DNA of 53,412 bases from a virus (taxonomy: Duplodnaviria > Caudoviricetes), in the IMG/VR virus record IMGVR_UViG_3300032257_000017, positions 1 through 53,412 of that record; one strand, given 5' to 3'. Made by a program: the position numbers and the translations under genes. Numbering within the stretch: position 1 is the first letter of the stretch; the number at the start of each line of letters is the position of its first letter. The notes under the pieces are model-generated. The model was not told where the DNA came from. It searched no databases and was given only the letters and a program-made list of their open reading frames with translations. This document shows, one piece after another, positions 34,456 to 43,077 of this stretch.

Positions 34456-34941
34456 ATGCCGACCTACGAAGGAACGAAGCACGAGGGCGCCGTGGCGCAT
34501 CTAACCCTCACTCATGAGGCGTGGTACGGGTCCGCTCAACCTGACCGCGGGCGGGAGTGCTGTGTCTCGATGGCCTACCCGGACGACGGCGGTGGGACCA
34601 CTGGCGAGTTCACTCTCAGGGAGCACACGTTCTCGGCTAGCGTCGGGGGCGAGCGCGCGGTTCGCCTTGAGGTGTTCGATGACGGGTGGGATGCCCTGCT
34701 TACGCTGGAGAAGGCGCACGGGTTCATGACTCGCCTCGCCAAGTTCGACGGGTTCGCGGACTTTGACGAGGTGGTCAAGGCGCTCATCGGCATCGGCATC
34801 GTGGACGCTACCGAGCGGACGAACGTGCGCGGCGGGAGTCGGCCAGCAGTTGACCTCGCGTCGGTGGACATGGGCGCCTTCATCAGTGGCGCGACCGAGG
34901 CAGATATCGCTGCCGTCCTCGCGATTGTGGGGAAGCGATGA
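34456..34941 (+). CDS. Hypothetical protein
   Basis: 161 aa; GGAGG RBS. Confidence 0.7.
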   Translation: MPTYEGTKHEGAVAHLTLTHEAWYGSAQPDRGRECCVSMAYPDDGGGTTGEFTLREHTFSASVGGERAVRLEVFDDGWDALLTLEKAHGFMTRLAKFDGFADFDEVVKALIGIGIVDATERTNVRGGSRPAVDLASVDMGAFISGATEADIAAVLAIVGKR

Positions 34942-35120
34942 ACCCCTACCGAATGAAGGCAGACCCGTCCCGCAAGGGCTGGTTCCTCATCCAGAAGCGC
35001 ATGGGCGCGCAGTGGTGGACCGTGGAGCACATCAAGGGGGCGCGGGAAGCCGCTCGCCAACTGAAAATTCGCAACGCTGCGCCGCTTCCGGCAATCACAG
35101 CACCGAGGGCGATTCGATGA
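34938..35120 (+). CDS. Hypothetical protein
   Basis: 60 aa; ATGA overlaps. Confidence 0.6.
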   Translation: MNPYRMKADPSRKGWFLIQKRMGAQWWTVEHIKGAREAARQLKIRNAAPLPAITAPRAIR

Positions 35121-35446
35121 GTATCGAAGACCGAATCACGAAGATCATCACCTACGCCATCAGCGCCTTCCTCATCTCTGTCTGTGTCTCCGCCGCGCTT
35201 GTGCTGGACGCATGGGCCGTGAGTCACCTCTGGCGATGGTTCGCGGTCCCCTTCGGCGTGCCGGACATCCAGAACTACTGGCACGCCCTCGGCCTCGGTG
35301 CCGTCATCGGCATGCTTACCCACCAGAGGTCGCAGCAGAGGCCAGAGGATGAGAAGTGGTGGAAGCCATTCCTGTACCTGTACGGCAGACCCATCATCAC
35401 GGTCGCCTTCGGCGCGCTGTTTCACTCGCAGATGGTGGCGCCATGA
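35117..35446 (+). CDS. Membrane protein
   Basis: 109 aa; three hydrophobic segments; LWRWFAVPFGVP. Confidence 0.7.
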   Translation: MSIEDRITKIITYAISAFLISVCVSAALVLDAWAVSHLWRWFAVPFGVPDIQNYWHALGLGAVIGMLTHQRSQQRPEDEKWWKPFLYLYGRPIITVAFGALFHSQMVAP

Positions 35447-35640
35447 CCCACGACGACGACCCCTTCTCCTGCCCCCGCTGCGAAGACGGCGGCGGGAAGG
35501 TCTGCGGGCAGTGCGTGGAAGAACTCGTTCTCAGAAGGCGGCGCGACATTGCCGACGACGTGAACGGCGAGTGCGCCATCTGCGGGGCCATGGACGGCGA
35601 GGAATGCCGCGAGGGGTGTGGGGAGAAGGCCGATGAGTAG
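35443..35640 (+). CDS. Small Cys-rich Zn-binding protein
   Basis: 65 aa; four CxxC-type pairs. Confidence 0.6.
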   Translation: MTHDDDPFSCPRCEDGGGKVCGQCVEELVLRRRRDIADDVNGECAICGAMDGEECREGCGEKADE

Positions 35641-35854
35641 CCGCCCCACGAAGCACACCCCGCCCGCCCGTACCGAGTACGTGAACGAGCGGATTCCCGA
35701 CCTTCATATTGTGCGCGAGTTCGAGCGGCATCAGCCGCCTGACGTGCCTGGACTCGATGAGGCGCACTCCGTCCTGTCGGGCTTCGCGTGGGCCCTGCCC
35801 ACACTGCTCGCATTCGCCGCGCTACTGAAGGCGTGCGGGGGAGTGGCGGGATGA
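35633..35854 (+). CDS. Small membrane-anchored protein
   Basis: 73 aa; C-terminal hydrophobic helix. Confidence 0.5.
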   Translation: MSSRPTKHTPPARTEYVNERIPDLHIVREFERHQPPDVPGLDEAHSVLSGFAWALPTLLAFAALLKACGGVAG

Positions 35855-35874
35855 CTACACAAGGAGGAGAGAGC

Positions 35875-36774
35875 ATGCACGGCGACCAACCGTCTGGAAT
35901 CGCAGGAGTAGAGGGCCGGGAGAACGTCGGCGCCGTCTTGACCATCGGGCGCAAGCCTGACAACGGGCGAGGCTTCCCGGTCGAGAAGGACCGACTGCAC
36001 ATCGTCAACCCGGTGGAGAACGCGCAGAAGGTGCGGACCCACCATCCCTCGTTCAAGGGATTCAACACCGCCGACCCCCGGTGGCGTCAGTCGGTGAACG
36101 GGCAGATTGTCCACGCCACCGAGGCGGGGTGCTTCCAGTACAGCCTTCGGAACCAGCAGGCACCGGGACAACCGGTACACCCGCAGCAGGTCCCGTTCTG
36201 CATCGGCAACGGCGAGAGGGCGCGGCGCTGGACCGGTTCCGAGTTCATCGACATCGATTGCCCCGGCGACCGGTGCGAGTTTCGGCAGAAGTCGCAGAAG
36301 GGTAAGCCGTCGTGCTCCCCGTCGATGCGGTTCCTATTCCGCCCCATCTGGCCTGAGTCGTCTTCGATGCCGTCGCCGCTGTTCAAGTACACGTCCAATG
36401 GGTGGAACAGCGTCCGCAACTTCGTCGGCCTGTTCAAGCAAATCAGTGACGCCGCCGCCGCGATGAGCTTCGATGACTACTCGCTCGCCGGGTTGAACAT
36501 CACGCTCACCCTGACCGAGCAGACGAACCGGCAACTCAAGTCACGGTTCCCGGTGATGCACGTCGTCGCGACCGACCACCCGCTGGACTTCTTCCGGCGC
36601 CAACTGGAGTTCCGAGCGGCGATGGAGGCGCGAACCCGTGTCAAGGTTCTGGAGGCGCCCACGATGGTGCAGATCACCGGGCCCGAGCAGGCCGAAGAAG
36701 CAGCCGCAGACCACCGGCAGAACACACCGCCGACCATTGACGGGACCTTTGATGTGGAGGACGAGCGGCGATGA
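35875..36774 (+). CDS. Gp3-like / recombination-directionality-factor-like DNA recombination protein
   Basis: LTIG.K...GFP...D, C.GNGE.A.R, CP...C....C and YTS.GWNS patterns; next to exonucleases; AGGAGG RBS. Confidence 0.65.
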   Translation: MHGDQPSGIAGVEGRENVGAVLTIGRKPDNGRGFPVEKDRLHIVNPVENAQKVRTHHPSFKGFNTADPRWRQSVNGQIVHATEAGCFQYSLRNQQAPGQPVHPQQVPFCIGNGERARRWTGSEFIDIDCPGDRCEFRQKSQKGKPSCSPSMRFLFRPIWPESSSMPSPLFKYTSNGWNSVRNFVGLFKQISDAAAAMSFDDYSLAGLNITLTLTEQTNRQLKSRFPVMHVVATDHPLDFFRRQLEFRAAMEARTRVKVLEAPTMVQITGPEQAEEAAADHRQNTPPTIDGTFDVEDERR

Positions 36775-37415
36775 GTTGGAAGACAGAGACGTGGTTGTCG
36801 TTCGACCTCGAAACGACAGGCCCCGAGCCGGAGACGGCCCACCCTGTGGAGATCGGTCTTGTGTGGATGCAGGAGTGCAGCGTCGTCAAGGTGCGTCGGT
36901 GGCTCGTGAAGCCGCCCGAACCCATCCCTGTTGAGGCTACCGAAATCCACGGAATCACCAACGCGGACGTAGCCGACCAGCCCACGATCGAGGAGTACGC
37001 CGAGGACATCCTGAAGGCCGTCTCCGAGTCGCTGGTGATGGTGGCCTACAACGGGTTCCGGTACGACTTCGCTATCCTGTCTCGGCTGATTCCAGGCTTC
37101 CGCGAGGCGTGCAAAGGCCCGGTGCTAATCGACCCGCTCGCCCTCATCCGTACCGACGGCGTGGGTAAGTGGTGGAAGGGTCCAGGGCGCCACAAGTTGA
37201 CAGCGGTAGCCGAGCGCATCGAGGTTCCCGGGCTGGATGAGTCGAAGGCGCACGGGGCGGTCTACGACGCCGAGGTGTCCGCAAAGGTCCTCTGGTACTT
37301 CCGCGACCATCTGCCCGACGACGGCGCCGAGGCCCAGAGGTACTTGGTGCGCGAGAGCCGACGACAAGAAACCGAATTCAAGGCGTGGCTTGCTCGCCAG
37401 CCTGCGAGGGACTGA
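36771..37415 (+). CDS. DnaQ-like DEDDh 3'-5' exonuclease
   Basis: FDLETTG, IHGIT, AYNGFRYD, AHGAVYD. Confidence 0.92.
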   Translation: MSWKTETWLSFDLETTGPEPETAHPVEIGLVWMQECSVVKVRRWLVKPPEPIPVEATEIHGITNADVADQPTIEEYAEDILKAVSESLVMVAYNGFRYDFAILSRLIPGFREACKGPVLIDPLALIRTDGVGKWWKGPGRHKLTAVAERIEVPGLDESKAHGAVYDAEVSAKVLWYFRDHLPDDGAEAQRYLVRESRRQETEFKAWLARQPARD

Positions 37416-38614
37416 TGCCCCAGCGACCCACCACACTGAAGCTCGCCGCCCGTCACTGCAACATGGCCGTTCAGCACTACGAAGACGGCACGCCATACGA
37501 CCGGCGCGTCTTCGCCGTCGGTACCGCGGCCCACGAGTTCCTGTATGCGCTCGCGCGCGGTGAAGACATCGAGGGGGTGGCCCTCGCCCTCGCGTCCACC
37601 GGTCGAGGCGGGACGGACTCTGAGCCGCCGCTGAACATCGACGACATCATGGCGGGTAAGGAAATCGCGCTGGACTGGTACGACCACACCGAGGGGTTCC
37701 TTGGGACGAGTCGGGCGAGGTTCGAGATTGGACTAGCCGCAGACGCAGACTGGAATCCCGTCCGGTACGACGACCCGAACGCCGTCTACCGCGCCCGCCT
37801 CGATGTGCTCGACGTGATGGAGGTTGAATCCGAGGAGTTCGCCGGGGTCGGTTTGCTCCCCGACGACTACAAGACCGCGTGGCCGACGGACGAGACAGAA
37901 CTTCAGTCGGTGCAGGTCAGGACGCAGGCGGTCCTCTCATACATCTCGTGGAAGCGAATTGGACTGGATGCCCCGCCCGACTTCATCCGGCGTCAGGTGA
38001 CGAACCTGCGAACGAAACAGGTCTTCTTTGAGGATCTGTGGCTGGACGCCGAGGGCATGGCAAAGATCGAGGAGTGGAAGCGCGACATCATGATCGCCGT
38101 CCGCGCCGTCGAGGTGCGGCCCCGTGTCGCCTCCCCCGGCGTCAACTGCCTCGGGTGCGGCTACGTGACCCGGTGCGACGAGGCGCAGGCGTTCCTACAG
38201 GACGGCGCGCGGAGCACCGTCGAGCGACTGGCTGTGATGGAGGCGACGGTGGCCGAGTGGCGCAGCGCAGCCAGAGCCGCAACGAAGACCACGCCGATAG
38301 CGGTCGCTGGTGGCTGGGTCGGCTACCAGTCGAAGACCACGCGCAAGGTCCGTGAGGAGTCGGTACCTGTCATCTGGAACAGGTGGAGCAAGGGCGAGGA
38401 CCCCGAGGACCACACCGACACATCGAGCGACGGCGTTGCTCGTGGCCTCCTGAGGTCCCTGAAACTCGGCGTCGGGTCCATCGAGGCAGCGGCAAAGGTC
38501 ATCTTCGCAGGGAGGGACCGCCCGACTGTGGCGGCCCGCCGCGAGTGGGTCGCCGGGCTCGTCGAGGAGGTCGGTGGCAAGAAGTTTGGATACTGGAAGG
38601 ACGACGCGCCATGA
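37415..38614 (+). CDS. PD-(D/E)XK nuclease (Cas4/RecB/AddB-like)
   Basis: GTAAHE, RLDV, DYKT, C-terminal C..C.....C plus an N-terminal Cys. Confidence 0.82.
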   Translation: MPQRPTTLKLAARHCNMAVQHYEDGTPYDRRVFAVGTAAHEFLYALARGEDIEGVALALASTGRGGTDSEPPLNIDDIMAGKEIALDWYDHTEGFLGTSRARFEIGLAADADWNPVRYDDPNAVYRARLDVLDVMEVESEEFAGVGLLPDDYKTAWPTDETELQSVQVRTQAVLSYISWKRIGLDAPPDFIRRQVTNLRTKQVFFEDLWLDAEGMAKIEEWKRDIMIAVRAVEVRPRVASPGVNCLGCGYVTRCDEAQAFLQDGARSTVERLAVMEATVAEWRSAARAATKTTPIAVAGGWVGYQSKTTRKVREESVPVIWNRWSKGEDPEDHTDTSSDGVARGLLRSLKLGVGSIEAAAKVIFAGRDRPTVAARREWVAGLVEEVGGKKFGYWKDDAP

Positions 38615-38907
38615 GTTGGATGCCCCTGGACTACGCCTATGAGCCGAAGGACGGCGAGGGCCGACCGTGCGCGCACCTTCCCGAAGTAGAGGCTGCCCGC
38701 GCACGCAACCGGCAGGCGACCACGGACCGAATCGCCGTTCGCCGTGCTGCCGTTCGCGGCTGGCTCACCGAATGGCGCAGCAGGGGCAGCCTCGCCCGCA
38801 AGGTGGGCACGACCTACGAGACGATCCGCCGCGACCTGCTTTCGATGGACGACCTAGAGACAACCGGCGCCAACCCGGCGCGATGGCGGATTAGGGAGAC
38901 AGGATGA
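38611..38907 (+). CDS. HTH protein (DeoR-like HTH)
   Basis: LARKVGTTYETIRRDL. Confidence 0.7.
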   Translation: MSWMPLDYAYEPKDGEGRPCAHLPEVEAARARNRQATTDRIAVRRAAVRGWLTEWRSRGSLARKVGTTYETIRRDLLSMDDLETTGANPARWRIRETG

Positions 38908-39140
38908 TTGGGTGCATGGCCGACCTCGTGATTGTGCTGATCGTGGCCCTCGCCCTCGGGAGCGACCCGCAAGCCGCCGCAGGGTGGGCGCTGGGTCTCG
39001 TCTTCGGATGGCTCGCCTTGCGCATCGGGTTCTTGCTCGCAGGCGAGGCGATGTTTCAGGGCGGCTCGTCCTTCTCTGAATGGCGATCTCGCCGGGACCG
39101 GAAGCGGTGGGCGAAGGCTCTGGAGGAGGGCGACGAATGA
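38904..39140 (+). CDS. Small membrane protein
   Basis: 78 aa; two hydrophobic helices. Confidence 0.6.
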   Translation: MIGCMADLVIVLIVALALGSDPQAAAGWALGLVFGWLALRIGFLLAGEAMFQGGSSFSEWRSRRDRKRWAKALEEGDE

Positions 39141-39676
39141 CCGGCCTCACCATCACCATCCCGGGGCAGCCGGTCGCGTGGGGCATCGTCCTCTCGGGTC
39201 GCATCGTCGGGAAGGACAAGCGAGGGCAGCCGCTCATCGCGTGCAAGGCGAACCTGCGGACCCGCCCGAAGAAGTCGAAGAAGCCCAAGACCGAGTTCCC
39301 CCGAGGCTGGCGCGACATGGCATCCCGACTGATGGCGCTGCACTGGAAGGGTCCGCCGATGGAAGGGCCGATGCTGCTCGACGTGGAGGCGGTGTTCCCT
39401 CGCCCGAAGTCGCTGGACTGCCAGCACAAGCGACAGCCGTGCTCTTGCCCGTCTGAGAAGTTGGACGGGCGAGCGATGCCGCACACGTCGAGAGGCGACA
39501 GAACGAACATCGTCAAGCTCGCAGAGGACGCGCTAGTGCATGCCGGCGTCATCGAAGATGACCGGTGGGTATACGGCGGGACCAAGCCGCCACTGAAGAG
39601 GTACGCCGCCCGAGGCGAGGACGCGCACGTGAAGGTGACGATTCAAATGGCGCCGATGGCGCTGGGAGGTGAGTGA
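39137..39676 (+). CDS. rusA: RusA-like Holliday junction resolvase
   Basis: IPGQPV N-terminus; D..N..K...DAL..AGV.EDD..V motif. Confidence 0.85.
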   Translation: MTGLTITIPGQPVAWGIVLSGRIVGKDKRGQPLIACKANLRTRPKKSKKPKTEFPRGWRDMASRLMALHWKGPPMEGPMLLDVEAVFPRPKSLDCQHKRQPCSCPSEKLDGRAMPHTSRGDRTNIVKLAEDALVHAGVIEDDRWVYGGTKPPLKRYAARGEDAHVKVTIQMAPMALGGE

Positions 39677-39977
39677 CATGGACTTGTCAGAAGAAGCGGA
39701 AGCGCTGTTGGGCGTTGACCATCTAGACGCAGGGTCGGCAATCGGTGACCTGCGTGAGGCGTTGCGCCATGTTCGGGAGTTGCGGGCCGAGTCCGACGGT
39801 CGCCGCCGCGCACTGCTCGACGTGGGCGAGAAGCGCAGGCAAGCGCAGATCGAGGCGATGAACCTTCGCGCTGCACTCACCGACATCGAGAACGCCATGC
39901 GGACCTTCACCGTCGGGGCAGGCTCCATCGAGATGAAGGCGAAGATTCGCGGCATCATTGAGGGGGTGAGGGGATGA
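39669..39977 (+). CDS. Coiled-coil hypothetical protein
   Basis: ~100 aa; coupled. Confidence 0.6.
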   Translation: MSDMDLSEEAEALLGVDHLDAGSAIGDLREALRHVRELRAESDGRRRALLDVGEKRRQAQIEAMNLRAALTDIENAMRTFTVGAGSIEMKAKIRGIIEGVRG

Positions 39978-40279
39978 TTCGCTACCGAGAGGGCGCCACA
40001 TCCGTCACCGCCGTTGAGTGCGAGAAGGTCGGGTATCCGCACAAGGACGCCGACGGGGAGACGCAGTACGACAACACCCACTTCGACACAGAGTCGGAGG
40101 CGTGGGCCGCCGTGATGTCTGGCAGGGAGGCCCATGTGTCGGCTGCTGGGAGCGCGGTGAAGTCAGCAGAACGGCAACTCGCACTGGCGAACGAGGGCGC
40201 AGTCGAGGCCGCGAGGCTGTTCTCTGACGCGAGGTACGCCCGGGACACGTGGCTGCGAACCACGGAGGAGAAGGCATGA
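39974..40279 (+). CDS. Hypothetical protein
   Basis: 101 aa; GYP..DADG...YDNTHF.TE.EAW. Confidence 0.7.
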   Translation: MIRYREGATSVTAVECEKVGYPHKDADGETQYDNTHFDTESEAWAAVMSGREAHVSAAGSAVKSAERQLALANEGAVEAARLFSDARYARDTWLRTTEEKA

Positions 40280-40689
40280 CCCGCGACGAACTGGTGCGAG
40301 CACTCGCCAACCTCCCCGAGAACGTCGCCATTGGCTGCGTGGTGGAGGCTGGCAGGATTCGCGGGCGAAGGCACCTCGCCAGTCGCGCGGATGTCGTGGC
40401 CGTCGTCCGAGCTTGCGCCGAGGCTTACGGCGTCACGTCAGGCGAAATCATGGGCCGAGTGCGCACGGCGCGCATTGTCCGCGCACGGTTCCAGGCATAC
40501 TTCCTGCTGCTGGACCTGTTCGATATGAGCACGGTTCAGGTCGGGTTGGCCTTCGGCGGGCGCTGTCACACGACAATCATGCACGGCGCGCCGAAGGGCG
40601 AGGCCGACAAGGGGCGGGCCGCGGTACGTGCTCGGGTGCTCGCCGTCGCTGCGATGCTCGGGATTGGGTCGGAGGCGGAGGCTGCCTAA
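40276..40689 (+). CDS. DnaA C-terminal (domain IV)-like HTH protein
   Basis: YGV...I.G..R...IV.AR..A.FL.....S..Q.G..FGGR.HTT.MHG signature. Confidence 0.82.
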   Translation: MTRDELVRALANLPENVAIGCVVEAGRIRGRRHLASRADVVAVVRACAEAYGVTSGEIMGRVRTARIVRARFQAYFLLLDLFDMSTVQVGLAFGGRCHTTIMHGAPKGEADKGRAAVRARVLAVAAMLGIGSEAEAA

Positions 40690-40910
40690 CCCGTAGCGAC
40701 CAACCGCCACGTCCCGTTGGCGCGACCTCGCCAGACGGGCCGACGACCGACCGCGGGAGTCTGCTGGAAGTCGCCGCGCGTGAACTTGCCGAGACGACGC
40801 GCGCCCTTGAGGATGATGAAGCCTGGACGGCCTGCGCTGTTCGCGACTGCGACAGAGCGGGCGCCGTGCTGGGCGGGGATGGCGGGCGGTTGGAGGATGG
40901 GGCAGTTCAT
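40686..40910 (-). CDS. Small basic hypothetical protein
   Basis: 74 aa; AAGGAG RBS; after the endolysin. Confidence 0.55.
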   Translation of the reverse strand: MNCPILQPPAIPAQHGARSVAVANSAGRPGFIILKGARRLGKFTRGDFQQTPAVGRRPVWRGRANGTWRLVATG

Positions 40911-40930
40911 GGGGTCTCCTTCGTGGTTGG

Positions 40931-41458
40931 CTACTTCGACCATCGCTCCCGCATCGCGGCATCCACAGCGACGAGTCCTCTGCCCTTCGGTGAGCCTTCC
41001 TGCGGCATCTGGACGTGCGGGCTGTCTCCGATGGACCGGAGCGAGCGCAGGCCCAGCCTCTCGGCCTCCTCGGCGTAGACTGCGTATCCCTGCACTCCGT
41101 TGTGGATGGCGTCCGCGTCCCACTCGGCCTTCCCGTCCACGAGCCAGTAGCAGTCGAGGGCCAGCATCCACTGATGCCACGAAAGGCCCGGGATGGCGTT
41201 GGTGGCCCATCGGCCAGACTGCGAACCCGCGTCCACGATGCACTGAGCGAGGAAGGGAGCGCCAGCCTCGATGAGCGCGGCAATCTTCGCCTTGACCTCG
41301 GACCCTGAGCGGGACTGACGCCACAGGGCACCCTGCTCGACGGGGTGACGAGCTGTGAAGAACGGACGCATGTCCACGCCTCGCGCCTTGCACGCCGAGA
41401 TGAGCGCGTAGCACTTCGCGCGGAAGTCAGGGTCAAGGTCGTTCATGTCGCGGCTCAT
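40931..41458 (-). CDS. Endolysin, M15-family (L-Ala-D-Glu) peptidase
   Basis: R..EQ..L, TNA..G.S.H....A.D and D.PH.Q motifs. Confidence 0.88.
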   Translation of the reverse strand: MSRDMNDLDPDFRAKCYALISACKARGVDMRPFFTARHPVEQGALWRQSRSGSEVKAKIAALIEAGAPFLAQCIVDAGSQSGRWATNAIPGLSWHQWMLALDCYWLVDGKAEWDADAIHNGVQGYAVYAEEAERLGLRSLRSIGDSPHVQMPQEGSPKGRGLVAVDAAMRERWSK

Positions 41459-41892
41459 TGTCTCGCTCCTTCGATAATCCATCCGGTGGCCGCTGCGCCT
41501 CCGAAGCCGACACCGACGCCAGCCGCGAACGTCCGCGGGTGACTAGCGCGGCAAGTCTTCAATCCCTCGATGGTCGCCTGATGCATCCGGTCAGCGTCCC
41601 ACCGGTCTCCGCGCCTCCCACGCTGCTCCTGCCGCAACGCTCGAGCCGTCTCGTCGTAGGCTGACACGATGCGCGCCATCGAATCGCCAGCCACGCACAC
41701 GCCGTCGAAGGGCGCAGCGTCACCGGCTACGACCTTCGCTGACTCGGTGACCAGCGAGCTCAGTTCTTCCGGCTGGTACGGGTCGAGCTCCGGCCATTCA
41801 ATCGGGTCGATGAGCCGATGACGCTCGGCGCCAGTGCCCCAGATGAGCACGGCGGCGATGAGGATGAGGCGCACGTCGATTGGGATGGTCAC
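41455..41892 (-). CDS. Lysis-associated membrane protein (spanin-like?)
   Basis: N-terminal hydrophobic segment, coiled coil, C-terminal Gly/Ala hydrophobic segment. Confidence 0.5.
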   Translation of the reverse strand: MTIPIDVRLILIAAVLIWGTGAERHRLIDPIEWPELDPYQPEELSSLVTESAKVVAGDAAPFDGVCVAGDSMARIVSAYDETARALRQEQRGRRGDRWDADRMHQATIEGLKTCRASHPRTFAAGVGVGFGGAAATGWIIEGARQ

Positions 41893-42281
41893 GAGGCGAA
41901 CGGGTCCGTAATCTCGTCCAGGCGCTCTGTGCGCTCCTCTGGCGTCTTCGGCACGTCTCGGCGCACGACCTCGCCCTCTGCCTCGACCGCGCGGTCTGCG
42001 GCCCTGTCACGGCGCTGCTTGGTCTGCTTTGCCTCGACATCCCCACGCTCGGTGATGGAAGTCTGCGCGGCTGTGGCGTCGTCTCTGGCTGCGGAGCGGC
42101 GCCGAGTAGCCCTCATGCCGAGCAGGGTGCCGATGGCGGCGAAGAGTCCAGCTGCGGCTCCGGTCGCGTGCTTAATGGCGAGGTCTCTTAGAGGCGGAAT
42201 CGCCACGAGCACGACCAGCACGGCGACGAGGGCGAGCAAGACCCATCCCCACCATGGGAACTTCTTGAGAATGTCGGTCAT
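41889..42281 (-). CDS. Lysis-associated membrane protein (i-spanin-like?)
   Basis: Two N-terminal hydrophobic helices and a charged helical C-terminus. Confidence 0.55.
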   Translation of the reverse strand: MTDILKKFPWWGWVLLALVAVLVVLVAIPPLRDLAIKHATGAAAGLFAAIGTLLGMRATRRRSAARDDATAAQTSITERGDVEAKQTKQRRDRAADRAVEAEGEVVRRDVPKTPEERTERLDEITDPFAS

Positions 42282-42571
42282 AGGACACCCATCGCGCGCA
42301 AGTCCTCGGCGCTCACCTCGACTACGGGCCAGTCCAGCATGGAGAACGGGCCAGAGGCCGTCTGCGCCAGAGCGAGCGCCTCGCGGAAGAGTGGCTCGTA
42401 ATCGTCAAGGCACGCCGGGTCTGCGAGTTTCGACAGCCGGACGCATGAGCGGACAGCGATCGGCTCCGTTATGGACTTGAGCGGCACCGGCTGGAACACA
42501 ATCTCAGACTCTAGGCAGGAGTGCAGTTCCCCGGTCGTTCCGTCGCGCCACCTGATGTACGGGTCAGTCAT
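42278..42571 (-). CDS. Hypothetical protein
   Basis: 97 aa; ATGA overlaps. Confidence 0.55.
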   Translation of the reverse strand: MTDPYIRWRDGTTGELHSCLESEIVFQPVPLKSITEPIAVRSCVRLSKLADPACLDDYEPLFREALALAQTASGPFSMLDWPVVEVSAEDLRAMGVL

Positions 42572-42816
42572 CGCTCGACCGGCGTCGGCAGATGGTCCAG
42601 CGCCGAAGGCTCAGCCGCTGTGGCCCCGCTGGGGCGACCCGACTCGCCCTTGATGTACTGATTCACAGCCACGCCGAGCACCCCACAGAGCGAAGCGAAC
42701 AACACCATCAGGGAGGGTCCCGCGTCGTTGTTGATGCCCAGCACCACGAGGCTGGCGAGGAAGCACACCGCCGCGATGTTCTCGGTGCGCTGCTTCTGGG
42801 TCACACGCTTAGACAT
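42568..42816 (-). CDS. Putative holin (two TM helices)
   Basis: 82 aa; basic N-terminus, two hydrophobic helices; in the lysis operon. Confidence 0.55.
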   Translation of the reverse strand: MSKRVTQKQRTENIAAVCFLASLVVLGINNDAGPSLMVLFASLCGVLGVAVNQYIKGESGRPSGATAAEPSALDHLPTPVER

Positions 42817-42898
42817 CCGGCGCACCCTCCACCCACACCACAGCAGCGATGAGGCCGAACAGGCTGAGGACGACAATGGCTCGCGCGAGGTCTCTCAC
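42809..42898 (-). CDS. 29-aa single-TM peptide, leaderless (not in ORF track)
   Basis: MRDLARAIVVLSLFGLIAAVVWVEGAPDV; TG.TAACCT-6nt-GTG upstream; overlaps the putative holin start. Confidence 0.5.
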   Translation of the reverse strand: MRDLARAIVVLSLFGLIAAVVWVEGAPDV

Positions 42899-42974
42899 GA
42901 ACGCAGGTTATCACGCTGTGGCGCTTGACATCCGCTCAGGATTCGTGCGGGTTGGGGCGAGGTGGCTATCTGGA

Positions 42975-43077
42975 TTCTTTTTCGGGTATCTGTTCTTTTC
43001 CTCTTGCGCTCCAAAAACCGGGGTCGTATAAATACAAGCACTGGAGGGGAATACGCCCCGCCGAGGAGAGAACGAAC
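42975..43077 (+). promoter_or_regulatory. Promoter-leader cassette copy 5
   Basis: Pyrimidine tract, TTGCGC-17-TATAAA, CTGGAGGGGAA..CCCC hairpin, GAGGAG RBS. Confidence 0.78.

Noticed and set aside
37415-38614. CRISPR-Cas locus
   Set aside because: Solitary Cas4-like nuclease; no cas1, cas2 or array.
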